DNA of 64,000 nt from the human T2T-CHM13v2.0 reference genome, Homo sapiens, in NCBI RefSeq assembly GCF_009914755.1, contig NC_060947.1. One strand, 5' to 3'. Numbering within the stretch: the stretch's first letter is position 1; every line of letters begins with the position of its first letter. Both the position numbers and the translations under genes were made by a program. Below, piece after piece: positions 53,013 through 64,000 of the stretch. The notes under the pieces were generated by a model. The model did not search any database. It saw nothing but the letters and a program-made list of their open reading frames with translations, and was not told the DNA's origin.

Positions 53013-56000
53013 TCACACGGTGGTGACTGAGAGAAGAGGGTTGTAGACCCGCTTGCCATCGGCGGAGCGCGCGCCGTGGGCCAGCATCTCCTGGATGGTG
53101 ATCCAGTTGTCCAGGATCTTCTTGTTCCGCTTCTTCATGGTTTTGCGGTGGCTCAGGGCAATGATGTTGAGCTCGGGCTTGCTGTCGCCATTCTGCTGCT
53201 CCCGCAGGCACTCCAGCCGGCTCTGCATCATGAACTCGCGCCGCTTCCGCTGCTCACGGGCCCGGATCAGGTGCTGCTTCCGCTCCTCCTTGCTCCAGTA
53301 GCGGCCCATCTTCATCTCGCTCACCGCGTCGTCGTCGGTCGTCATACCGCTGCGCTCCTCCCGGATCTTCAGGGCACGGGCTTTCAGCAGCCGATCTCGC
53401 ACGGGCCGCTTGGCCACGTAGCGGGTTCCGTCGCTGCGCACCTTCACTTTCCACTCCATGCGCGGTGCTTCAGTGGCCGCGGCCGCCACCCCGCCCACCC
53501 GAGGGCCACCGGCCAAGCTCAGGGGGCCGTGGCCCAGCCCTTCCAGGCCTCGCGTCGGGGCCAGCTGCACGCAGCTGTGGTAGTGCTCGCCCTCCTGGCC
53601 CTGGCCGCGGTGGCGCCGCGAGAGGTAAGGGCTGCTTTCAGGGCCCACACGCTCCAGGGTCAACCCCGTCTTGGGGTTGCGGCGGCCGCGCTCCTCCGCG
53701 TGCTGCCTCCGGCCGGCCTCAGGATCCCGGGAGAGGGACCGGAACTTGGCGGGGCTCCCCGGTGGAGGAGCTGCCTTGGCGGGGGTGGCAACAGCGGGGC
53801 CGGGAGGGGTCCGGTTCAAGTTGGAGTTGCCGGCCATGGCCCGCCGCAGGGGGCTCTCGGGCAGGGGCTCCACAAGCAGCGGGGTGCTGCGGCAGCTCTC
53901 CCCAGTGTTGTAGGCGCTGGTGCTGTCCTTGTCCGACTTCTCGGGCAGCTCGGAGATGTCGGACAGCTCGTGCTTCTTGGGCTCGCTGGCCGCCAGGTCG
54001 TAGAGGCTCTCCTCCTCCAGCAGCCAGGCCTTCATGCAGCGCTCACGCAGCTGCTGCATCTTCTGCGCCCGCAGTATGTTGCGGCACTTGAATTCCAGGT
54101 GCCTTAGCTCCTCCTCCAGCATGGCCATCTCGTGGCCCAGGCTCTCGTTGCGGTTGACGTCCAGGGCGCTGTTGCCTCCGGAGGCCCGGGGAAAGAGGAG
54201 GCCCAGCTGGTTGCCGTTCTCCAGGTGGCACTTGATCTCCAGGAGCTCACGGTAGCGCTCATACTCCTCATCCGTGAGGCCCGGGACGTCGCCCCCTCCC
54301 AGCCCCGCCCCCTCGGCCAGCAGAGAGTCCATGCTGAAATGGAAGTCCCGGCTCTGCAGGGCGTCCCCTTGCAGGCCAAACTTGCGCAGGCTTCCCGGGG
54401 TGTTGGTGGAGCTCGGGGGTTCGTCCCCCAGCAGGTCGTGCTCAGAGCTCTCTTCGTTCCGGGTGCTCTCGTCAGTCCGGCCCACCCCGCTGTCCAGCTC
54501 CTGGCTGTTGCTCAGGCCTGGGCCGGCATCGGGAGCCCCCTTCTCCTCTTCGTTTCCGGGCTAGAGCAGAAAGGTAAGTACCGCTCAGTTAGGTCCCACG
54601 GACAGGGATGTCACGGGATGTCACAGGAGGATCGGAAGGGGCTTCAGGCCTGGTTCATTTCCCTGCCAAGCATTGGGAGACCCTGCACAGCCTCAGCGCC
54701 TTCCACCCAGTTCTCTCCTCCTCGCCCTCCCCACCAGCGCCCTTTTCCTTCCTCACCTGCTGGGCAGGGGGTGATTTCAGTTTACGAGCACGCAGCTCCC
54801 CCTCATTCTCAGAGCCAAAGTCATCCAGGAAGTCATCCCGGTCGCTGTCCTTCCACCTTTTCGCCAGCTGTGGAGACAGGCCCTGGTGTCCCCACAGCTT
54901 CAAGGACCTCCCCATATACCCTTCTTGTCTGCTCTGGACCCCGCACTTGGCTTGTTTCGGTGAAGCTCAGCAACCTGGGGGCAGCGTCCCAGCCCCCTCA
55001 GCCTTCAGAGGCCAGGAGGGGAAACGGGCCCTGAGAGACCCCTGCCCACCCGCCCTCCATCAACTCCAGGTCGTTGGCACATCTGTGCCCTAGTCACGGC
55101 CAGCAGCTTCCAAGACAGAAAGCCTGATGTCGTGGCCCCGGGTCGCCCTGCCAGGCATACACACCTGACTCTCAGGTCGGGCCACCAGCAGGGAGATGTT
55201 GGTGTTCTCTTCCTGGCTCAGGATGGCCACCGCCTCTTCCCGGTTCTGGACGTCTACACCGTTAATCTGAGGCAGGCAGGATACAATCAACAAGCATGCT
55301 AGGGCTGGCCCTGGGGCGGACCCTGGGCGGGTGCAGGGAGCCCAAGCACTCTGGGCTCGGCTGGGCTAGGCTGGGGCTTGAGCTCTGGGAGGATGTAACT
55401 AAGTGGAAGGTACCAGGGAGAGGGCGGCCTGACTCTTGCAAGAGCAAATGTGTGCTCAGGAGAGCATGGAGTGGGGCAGAGGGAGAGGGGCCAGGAGGTT
55501 TCAGAGCAGCAGGGGCCCTGGATGCCAGCAGATCCCATAGGCACACGGGAGCCACCGGGGTGAGTGGGCAGGAGAGAGATGAGACTCAGCCCGGGTTTAG
55601 GACACGGCAGGCTGCTGGGCCTCAGGGTTAGCTCTTAGTGGGAGAGAGCTAGGGACTGGCTAAAGAGAGGTGGCTGGGCCGACGGGCACAGCGGGGCCTT
55701 GGGCCAGGCCTGCAGCCTGCAAGTGCTCACCTGGATGATGCGGTCTCCCTCACGGATCCGGCCGTCTTTGGCTGCAATGCTGTTGGGATTTACCTGCAGG
55801 ACACACGCATCTTGGGGACTTGGTGCCTAACATGCCCTTTCGGTAGAAGGGGGCAGGCTCACCTCAGGGGCCCCCAAAGCAAGCTGAAGGCTCTCTGGCT
55901 CCCCTTCCAGCTCTGAGCCCCAGGAAGCAGAGGCAGAGGCTGTGGAGTAGTCACCTCTCCCCGCCCCTGCCCTGCACTCCTAGGCTCTTCTGCACGGAAG

Positions 56001-58255
56001 CCTGTGCTTTTGGTCAGCCCCGGGCATTGGTGGGAAGTAGGACATTGTCCATCTGGAAGGGTGGCTTTAGTGGGATGCTACTAGTAGGGAGGGGAGCGAG
56101 GGGCCATCCCCCTCCTGGGGATACACAAGACATCTGCCCAAGATGGGTTCGGGAGAAGGCTAGACAGCAACCCTGTTGCTAGTTCTCAGGCCCATCTGCT
56201 GTCCCACCCAGGCACAGGCCTCTTTCTGCAGATGACTACCTCACTGGACAGTGGCTGAAGCCGTCGACCATCATCGCCTCACCACGCAGCACCCTAGCTG
56301 TGATGCCCTGTTTCTGGTAGCTGGGACCTTAAGGGCAGCCTCTGAGCCACAGGCAGGCCATGTGGATGGGCCTCGGGGCTGGGGCATACCCGTCTGCATA
56401 CCTCTCCGACATAAATGCCCAGGTCCTCCTCGTCGTCCGTGCGGTAGCAAACCATCAGGCCCAGCTTGTCCCGGTGGCTGCTTTTATACAGCTCCACCTC
56501 CTGCCACGAGGGGTCCGGGAGGAAGCAGAGGTAGAAAGCCCCAGAAATGCGTGAGTGAGGGAGCAGGCAGCACAGCCCAGCCCCTCAGCCCGCAACCCCT
56601 CAGCCCGCAGCCCCTCAGCTTCCTCTGGAGCCCCCTGAGCTCAGTTTCCAGGCCCCGCTTTGAGGGTCTCTCTTACCATCCCACGTGGCGCACGTACTCA
56701 GTGGTCTCCCTCCCAGGAAATGCACGAGGCACACACAGGCACAGGACACAGAAGACAGACGTGCATGGGACGTGGACTCACCGACATGGACGGAACACGT
56801 AACCTCACCCGCACCCTCCCTGACTCAGCCAGATGCGTGCCAGGAGGGCCACGGGGTTGGGCCTGGGCAGGAAGGCACACAGGCGTCGGGGCGGCTCCCG
56901 CAGCTGGCTGCGGGCCCTGGCCTGGCCACCCGGCTCACCTCATACTCCAGCTCATCCAAGCGGTCTGCCTCCTGCGGGCCGCCCTCCATAAACTCCGCCG
57001 GGTCATAATACTCATGGCTGATTGGGGGGCTGCCCAGGAGAAGGTGGGGGTCAGACCAGCTGGCCATCCTCTCACACCTCAGCCCCAGCTCCCAGGCAGG
57101 CCGATCCCAGCGTGCCTGGCACGGAGGCCTGCTCTGCTTGTGCTCTCAAGGGTGGGTGGCCCAGTTGCCTCCTGCAGAGCCCCTTCCTGGGCAACATGCA
57201 GCCATGCAAAGACCGGGGGCACTTCTCGCACCTGAGTGTGCAGCGTCCACGCAGAGGACCTGCGCATGCCTCTAGCGTTCCCGTCCCCCAGACCAGAACT
57301 CCTCCAACCACGCCAGCTGGCAGGGACCAACTTCTCCAATCTCCGGGTGCCCACCCGCCCGCCCAGCACTGGCCCCACTCATGCAACGCCCCCAGGAGTT
57401 ATCCAGGCCCTGGAGGACTTCTGCAGAGCAGAGGGGGGCCCACCCTACCTCCAGGGGCTGCCCTCCTGGCCCCAAAACTAAGGTTGGCTGCTCATGGCCC
57501 TGTGGCCTACCTCCCCGCAGCCCGGGCTAAGATTAGCAGAATGAGGCAGCGCTCACGCGGTCATGAGCCACCAGGCCTGGATGAAAGGCCCTTCTTCCGG
57601 TCGGGCCAAAGAAAGAAGCTGAAGAGATGGAGGAAATTCAGAGCAGGTAGAGGAATGAGACAGACAAGGGATGCAAGAAGATTCAAGGAGTGATGCTTGT
57701 GAGGCGGCAGAGGAGAGAGGATGGAGGAGGAGGAGCTGAGGCCCTCAACCCTGGCACTTCCGGCAGCGACGTCCCGGACAGGAGGGTCCTCCCTCGGCCC
57801 TGGGGGTAGATACAACGGGGCGCCTGCTGGAGCCCGGCCCAAGGCTAGAGGCCTGGAGGTTTTGGAGCCCTTGGGTACCACGGTCAGTTCTGGAGGCCGA
57901 GGGGCCTGCTTCCTGCCCGAGAGGGTGGCGTGCGGATGGCCGCTCCAGGTGGCCTGCCCTCTCTGGAGGCAGGGCCCGGGGCCCTCCTGAGGGCGACTCA
58001 CAGCTCAGAGAGGACGTACGGCTCCAGGATGACCATGGGCGGGGTGGGCGGACGCAGCTTGCCCAGCGCCATGATATGCTCGAAGGTGATGTCGGTCTGA
58101 GTGCCACTGTCCACCAGCTGCAGGTCGTGACAGGAGCTGTCCCCCCGGAGGCGGGGGCTGCGTCTCAGCACCTGGATCACCAGGGGCTCCTTGGAGGAGC
58201 GCAGGGCCTGCAGAGTTTGCTCCTGAGACAGCTTGGAGAGCTCCTTCCCGTTCAC
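53013..58255 (-). CDS. PDZD4: PDZ domain-containing protein 4 (LNX/PDZRN family), 5'-partial; first coding exon lies beyond the window
   Basis: Exons 5'->3': 58255-58002 (alternative donor at 58020), 57029-56939, 56500-56402, 55793-55731, 55266-55165, 54867-54757, 54560-53013. The frame is continuous. PDZ motif KLGLMVCY...[18 protein letters not shown]; LNX3H-type C-terminus [14 protein letters not shown]...LLSVTTV. Confidence 0.97.
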
Positions 58256-58964
58256 CTGCGGCAGAGACACGCCTCCGTAAGAACCCTCAAAGGCTTGCTC
58301 CTCCCCTCTGAGGTCAAGGCAGAGGCCCTAGCTGGCAGGACCTGGGCTGACAACCAGCACCCCAAGCCACTCAAGCAAGGAATCTGCTGTCTGCAGCCCT
58401 GGCTACCTTTGGTGCCCCTGTTCCCAGGCAAGCCCCACTGCTCAGCCTTCATCCCACTGAAGGCCAGCTGGGGATCACCAAGTCACACCAAGGACTGGGG
58501 GACCCAGCCTCTGTGCACTGGGTCTGGAGGCTGTGATACCGCCCTACAACGTCCTCCAGACACTGCTTGAGCTCTCCTGGCCTCTCCCCATCCGGACCCA
58601 CTTCTTTCTAGGGCGGCACTGAGGCCAGAGCTAGCATGAAGATCCCATTGAGTTCCTTGGCAATGACTGGACCATAACAGCCAACACTCAGTGAGCATCT
58701 GTGTTGTGCTCATTCAGCATCAAGCAAGAGGATGACCTTGACTCTTCAGATGAGCCGAGTCTCTCAACAAATGTCTACTCACTAGGGAGGGCCAGGGTCA
58801 GGTTGGGGGACAAGTAGGAAGATGCCTAAAGATACAGTGTTGTGTCCTCACAGTGACAACTGACTTGCCCAAGAGAAAAGGCCTTGATGTACAAGAAGCC
58901 CCCTGGAACTGCAAAGTAGCCTAAAAGAGGTGCCAAGAAAGTGGTCCTTATAAAGCCACCACTA

Positions 58965-59264
<300 letters not shown>

Positions 59265-60516
59265 CTACTGTTTTTTGGGCACGTGCCATGTGCTACATTC
59301 TGGGAAAGACCCCTGATGTGGGTCTCCACAAAATCCTAACCCCCAACAACCTTGAGGGAGATGCCATTATTGCAGATGAGGAAACCATGTCAGCAAGCTC
59401 AGCAAGGTTGTGGCACTGAGTCAAGGTCATGAGCCAGGACAGGCTGCCCGGTGGCCAGAAGGAGGGGTCAGGGAGGAGGAGGCCATCGCGGGCCAGGGCC
59501 CAAGGCGGAAGTAGGACCTAAGCAGCTCTGCGGGATGCTGTAGGGGTGAAGGAAGGACAATGAAGGGTAGCAGAAGGAAGCCCATTACGCACAGCGCAGG
59601 TGGTGGGGCAAGGAGTGCCCACAAGGTCGAAGGCTGCTTCCGCAGCACCCTGGGACAGTATGCTGCGACCTTCAAGTCCTCCTTGGGGAAGGGAGGCAAG
59701 TAGAGAAGGGACGAATGACTAAGGACCAAGAAGGACTGAACAGACTCCACCAGAATTCAGGGCACGTGCCATGGGGCCAGCAAGGGTCAGCAGGAAGCAC
59801 TTCTAGGAGGAGGCAGCTCGAGGCAGGCGTGCAGGGTCTCCTCATGGGCTCAGCGGCTTATGGAAGGGCTGTTCTGGGCCTGGGGAGGCTACACACTAGC
59901 ATTATGCCCAAATGGCTATGCCCCGCAGGTGAGCGTGGGGACAGACCTTACCCACAGCTAAGGGAGCACACGGCTGGCCATGCACGCCTCGGTGGGAGGC
60001 GGGGAAGGCTTCTGGAGCAGGGGACACCTGGCCTCCATCAGGCAAAGGGAACAGGGCCAAGAAAAGACCCAGGGAGGCTGGTTTGCAGTTGGAAGCAAAG
60101 CCCCCAGTCAGCACAGAGAGGGCAGGGCGAGGAGACCCAGAGTCCGCCTAGGGATGGAGCAGGCTGGGAGCTTGTGCCAGATGAGAGGGCAGAAGGGCCC
60201 TGGGCATGGGCGCAGGTGGCTGCGCCTGCACGGAGCCCTCTGCTTTTCCGAGTTGTGCGAATATTAGCAAGTTTAGAAGAACTCTCTGTCCTGCATTCTC
60301 ACGGCGGCACCTCCCACCCCGGGTTTCTCACAGAGATGTCAATTCTGACGGCAAAATCTTGTCTTAGTGCCCGCGATACAGTAGAACCACCGCTGTACGA
60401 GTCTTTTCGGGAAGACAGCTATCTGAGGAGAGCCCAGCTTGTCCTCGGAACCCCTGTGGCCTCAGCAGCGGCTCCTGCATTACTTTTTTTCTATTTGACT
60501 ATGTCCTTGTAGATAA

Positions 60517-61237
<721 letters not shown>

Positions 61238-61561
61238 TAAAGAATGTGGCAAAGACACATTCTGGGGTCCATTTTATACATTTTTCATACTTAAATCTTT
61301 GTGTAACCAGTGGTTGTCAAGGTGGAGAAAATTTCTTGAGGTGGAATTTCTGGATCAAATACTATAAAGGAAACAGCTTTCAGCCAAGAAGGTATTTGTT
61401 GGAAGACCGTAAGAATGTCAGTCAGGACAGGGCATGCTGTGCTTGGTGGAGAGGCTACAGTTAGAAAGGCAGGATGGAAGAGGGTGGGCGGCAGCAGAGT
61501 GTGGGTTCAGGAAGGCTGTAGACAAAGGGACATGATGGAATGGCCTCGACACTCTCAGCAG

Positions 61562-61925
61562 CAGTGGCTAGAGCCAACTGAAGCTGGGAAATTTGGAAGC
61601 CAGTTGTCAAACACAGCGATTATTGGTATTTTAACCGTAGAAATGTACAGGTAACTGAATGATATTAACAACAAAGGCAATAAATCCTCGGAACACATCA
61701 CTGTCTAATTATCTTACTACACTTTTCTGTCATCTGTGCTTTTGGGGTTATTCACATCTGGTATGGGAGATGGAAATACTATGTGTGCATTCCCCCAACT
61801 CCAAGTTCAGTGACATCGCAGTGGTGGCTTGAAATCGGCTATAGTGGCAGCATTTACACCAGGGAAATCGGCAAATGCTCCAAATCAGGGCTTTTTGTCT
61901 GGGAACATTTACCACCTTACCACTG
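61562..61925. mobile_element. MER63-like hAT DNA transposon remnant
   Basis: CAGTGG...CCACTG termini; internal CCAAGTTCAGTGACATC...CTTGAAATCGGC...GGAAATCGGCAAATGCT..AAATCAGGGC...CATTTACCA resembles the recalled MER63 consensus. Confidence 0.6.
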
Positions 61926-63689
61926 CCCTTGAGGAGAAGCCAACACACAAGCAGAAGGGCTCGGAGCTGTCCTCAGGGTTTCTTCCTGAACTCCCGGGGC
62001 AGGACAGCAAGCAGGCAGTGGGATGCTCAGGTGACAGAGATGACAGAGAACGCACGAATGCCTTTCTACCCGGAATCATTACCGAGCAGCAGTGTTGCTA
62101 TGGAAACTGAGGAGCGCTTGCTGGGCGGGCTGGCGGAGGCTGGGATGTCAAGAGGGGGATGGGCGTGGGCACAGCCTCAGCACCTCGGATCAGCAGCAAC
62201 CAGAGTGATCGCCTGTGACAGCCAGGCAGGTATTTGGGTGGAAGCCACGGGCTCCTGAAGCCTTCTCGCTCTCTCTCTCTCTCCTCCTCATCGGTCATGC
62301 TGGACCCCCAAGGAAGAAATGAGCTCCCCTCTGGGGAAGGGCTAAGGGCTACCAACAAGGTGGGAAAATATGGGGCCATGAGCAAAGAGGTATAGGGCCA
62401 GGCACATGGTAAGGAGCCACACTGTGGCCCTTCTGATGACAGCAGCTCTTCCAGTCCTGCTCAGAGCCTTGCCTCCCCGCCCCACCCCCAACCATCCTGA
62501 GGTAGCACACTGGTAAAGCCACCCCTGTAATGCCCCAACCCTCGGATTGCCTACTCGACCACTCCAGTCTCTAAAAGGCACAAACACTCAACATGGCCAA
62601 CCCCAGGCTTGCTTCCCACCAGACTCTCCCTCCTGCCCCACCTGCAAACGTTTCCACACCCTGGGAGCTCGCCCCACCAAGACAGAAGACCTAGTCCAAG
62701 CCCTGGCCAAGCAATTCCAATTGGATCAAAGACCTACAGGGACAAAGCAAAACAAGAGAACAATATCTTTATGGTGTGGGATAGAGACGAAATTCTCAAT
62801 ATTTCAAATGGGGAAGCAATAATGGAAGAGATGTAAAACTTCTAGACGACAAAAGACACCCTAAACACAGTAAAAAGGCGGGCTCAGAGGAGAGCCTTAC
62901 AATGCATGGACCTCATAATGGGTTTTCCAGAATATGCAAAGAATTCCTACAAAACAACAAGAAAACACAGACACAAACAACTCAAGAAGAACATGGGCAA
63001 AGGATATCAACAGGTGCTCAGGGCAAAGGGGACCCACTAGCAAGCACTTGGAGCCATGAGATGAGAGGAGATGCCCTTCAGAACCACCACCAGGAGGACC
63101 AGGAGGATGTGGGCATGAAGGCCACAGTGGCCAAACACCAGGGACAGCCCAAAGGTCTGCCAGCAGTCGAACAAACAATTCCTGGTATTCCGCATGTGCA
63201 GTTAATGGAGGCGCACATAATGGAGGCTCATTCGTAGTATGTACTTGGTGGAAAACACGGCAGAGAGGCGAGCAGATGAAGTGCGTAGGGGATGGGTGGG
63301 CACAGGCGGCTTCAATCTGCTTTTAATACCTTCTTCAAGGAAAAACGCTCAGGCCAACAGGACCCACATCAAGGCTGGGTGGCAGTGCTGGTGCTAAGTG
63401 ATGCGAGATGATGCCCCATACTTCTCCAGATGCTACAGCAAGTCCAGGAGGCCTCAAGATACCCAGGCTGGAGCTCAGCCTTTTATGTGTGATTGTCTAA
63501 TTACCTCCCTTTCATTAGACAACAAACCCCAAGAGGGCTTCACCCTGAGTTCTACTTCCATCCCAACTCCTAACAGTTTGCTGAAGATAAAACTTTAATA
63601 TGTTTCTTGGCTGAATTAAAATTTTATATATTTCTGTAATTTGTTGAATATATATTAAGGACCTGTAATTTATCTGATCTACCTTTTAA

Positions 63690-64000
63690 AAAATAATAAT
63701 AATAAGAGATGGGGTTTCACCATGTTGCCCAGGCTAGTCTCGAACTCCTGGGCTCAAGCCATCTGCTTAGTCCCCCCAAAAGTGTTGAGATTACAGGCAT
63801 GACCCAGCCCCTGAGTCTGATGTACCCGGACTCTACTAAAAATACAAAAATTGCCCAGCACGGAGGCTCACGCCTGTAATCCCAGCACTTTGGGAGGCCA
63901 AGGCAGGCAGATCACCTGAGGTCAGGAGTTCGAGACCAGCCTGGCCAACACAGTGAAACCCCGTCTCAACTAAAAATACAAAACTTAGCCGGGCATGGTG
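63690..64000. mobile_element. Antisense Alu left-arm fragment (~63690-63810) and a sense Alu running off the window end
   Basis: GAGATGGGGTTTCACCATGTTGCCC... followed by GGCTCACGCCTGTAATCCCAGC...GGGCATGGTG. Confidence 0.85.

Noticed and set aside
53076-55034. 343-aa and 300-aa plus-strand ORFs
   Set aside because: Antisense shadows of the GC3-rich PDZD4 coding exon.
56578-56620. 15-nt triple repeat CAGCCCCTCAGCCCG in a PDZD4 intron
   Set aside because: Short, ordinary micro-duplication with no evident function.
59715-60512. 265-aa ORF in PDZD4 intron 1
   Set aside because: No recognisable homology, poly(A) tail or TSD; likely a chance ORF.

Overview
Human-type genomic DNA with the Xq28 gene order PLXNB3(+) > SRPK3(+) >< IDH3G(-) <> SSR4(+) >< PDZD4(-, first exon outside the window). 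I traced the exons by hand from splice sites. The summed CDS lengths close in frame: PLXNB3 5730 nt (1909 aa), SRPK3 1704 nt (567 aa), IDH3G 1182 nt (393 aa), SSR4 522 nt (173 aa) and 2268 nt of PDZD4. The first ~12.4 kb is an old L1 interrupted by many Alus plus a MER1 hAT element. I found no new gene or self-contained new system. The most interesting items are fine-scale RNA and regulatory structure: (1) a decayed copy of SSR4 exon 5 in intron 2 that retains splice sites and has an in-frame stop; (2) a candidate SSR4 upstream start codon sharing the CATG palindrome with the IDH3G start codon; (3) a U12 minor intron and a 99-nt repeat-flanked exitron candidate in SRPK3; (4) SRPK3 and IDH3G poly(A) signals 63 nt apart; (5) a G-rich VNTR in PLXNB3 intron 28. 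Repeat subfamily names and comparisons to reference isoforms are from memory and need database confirmation.
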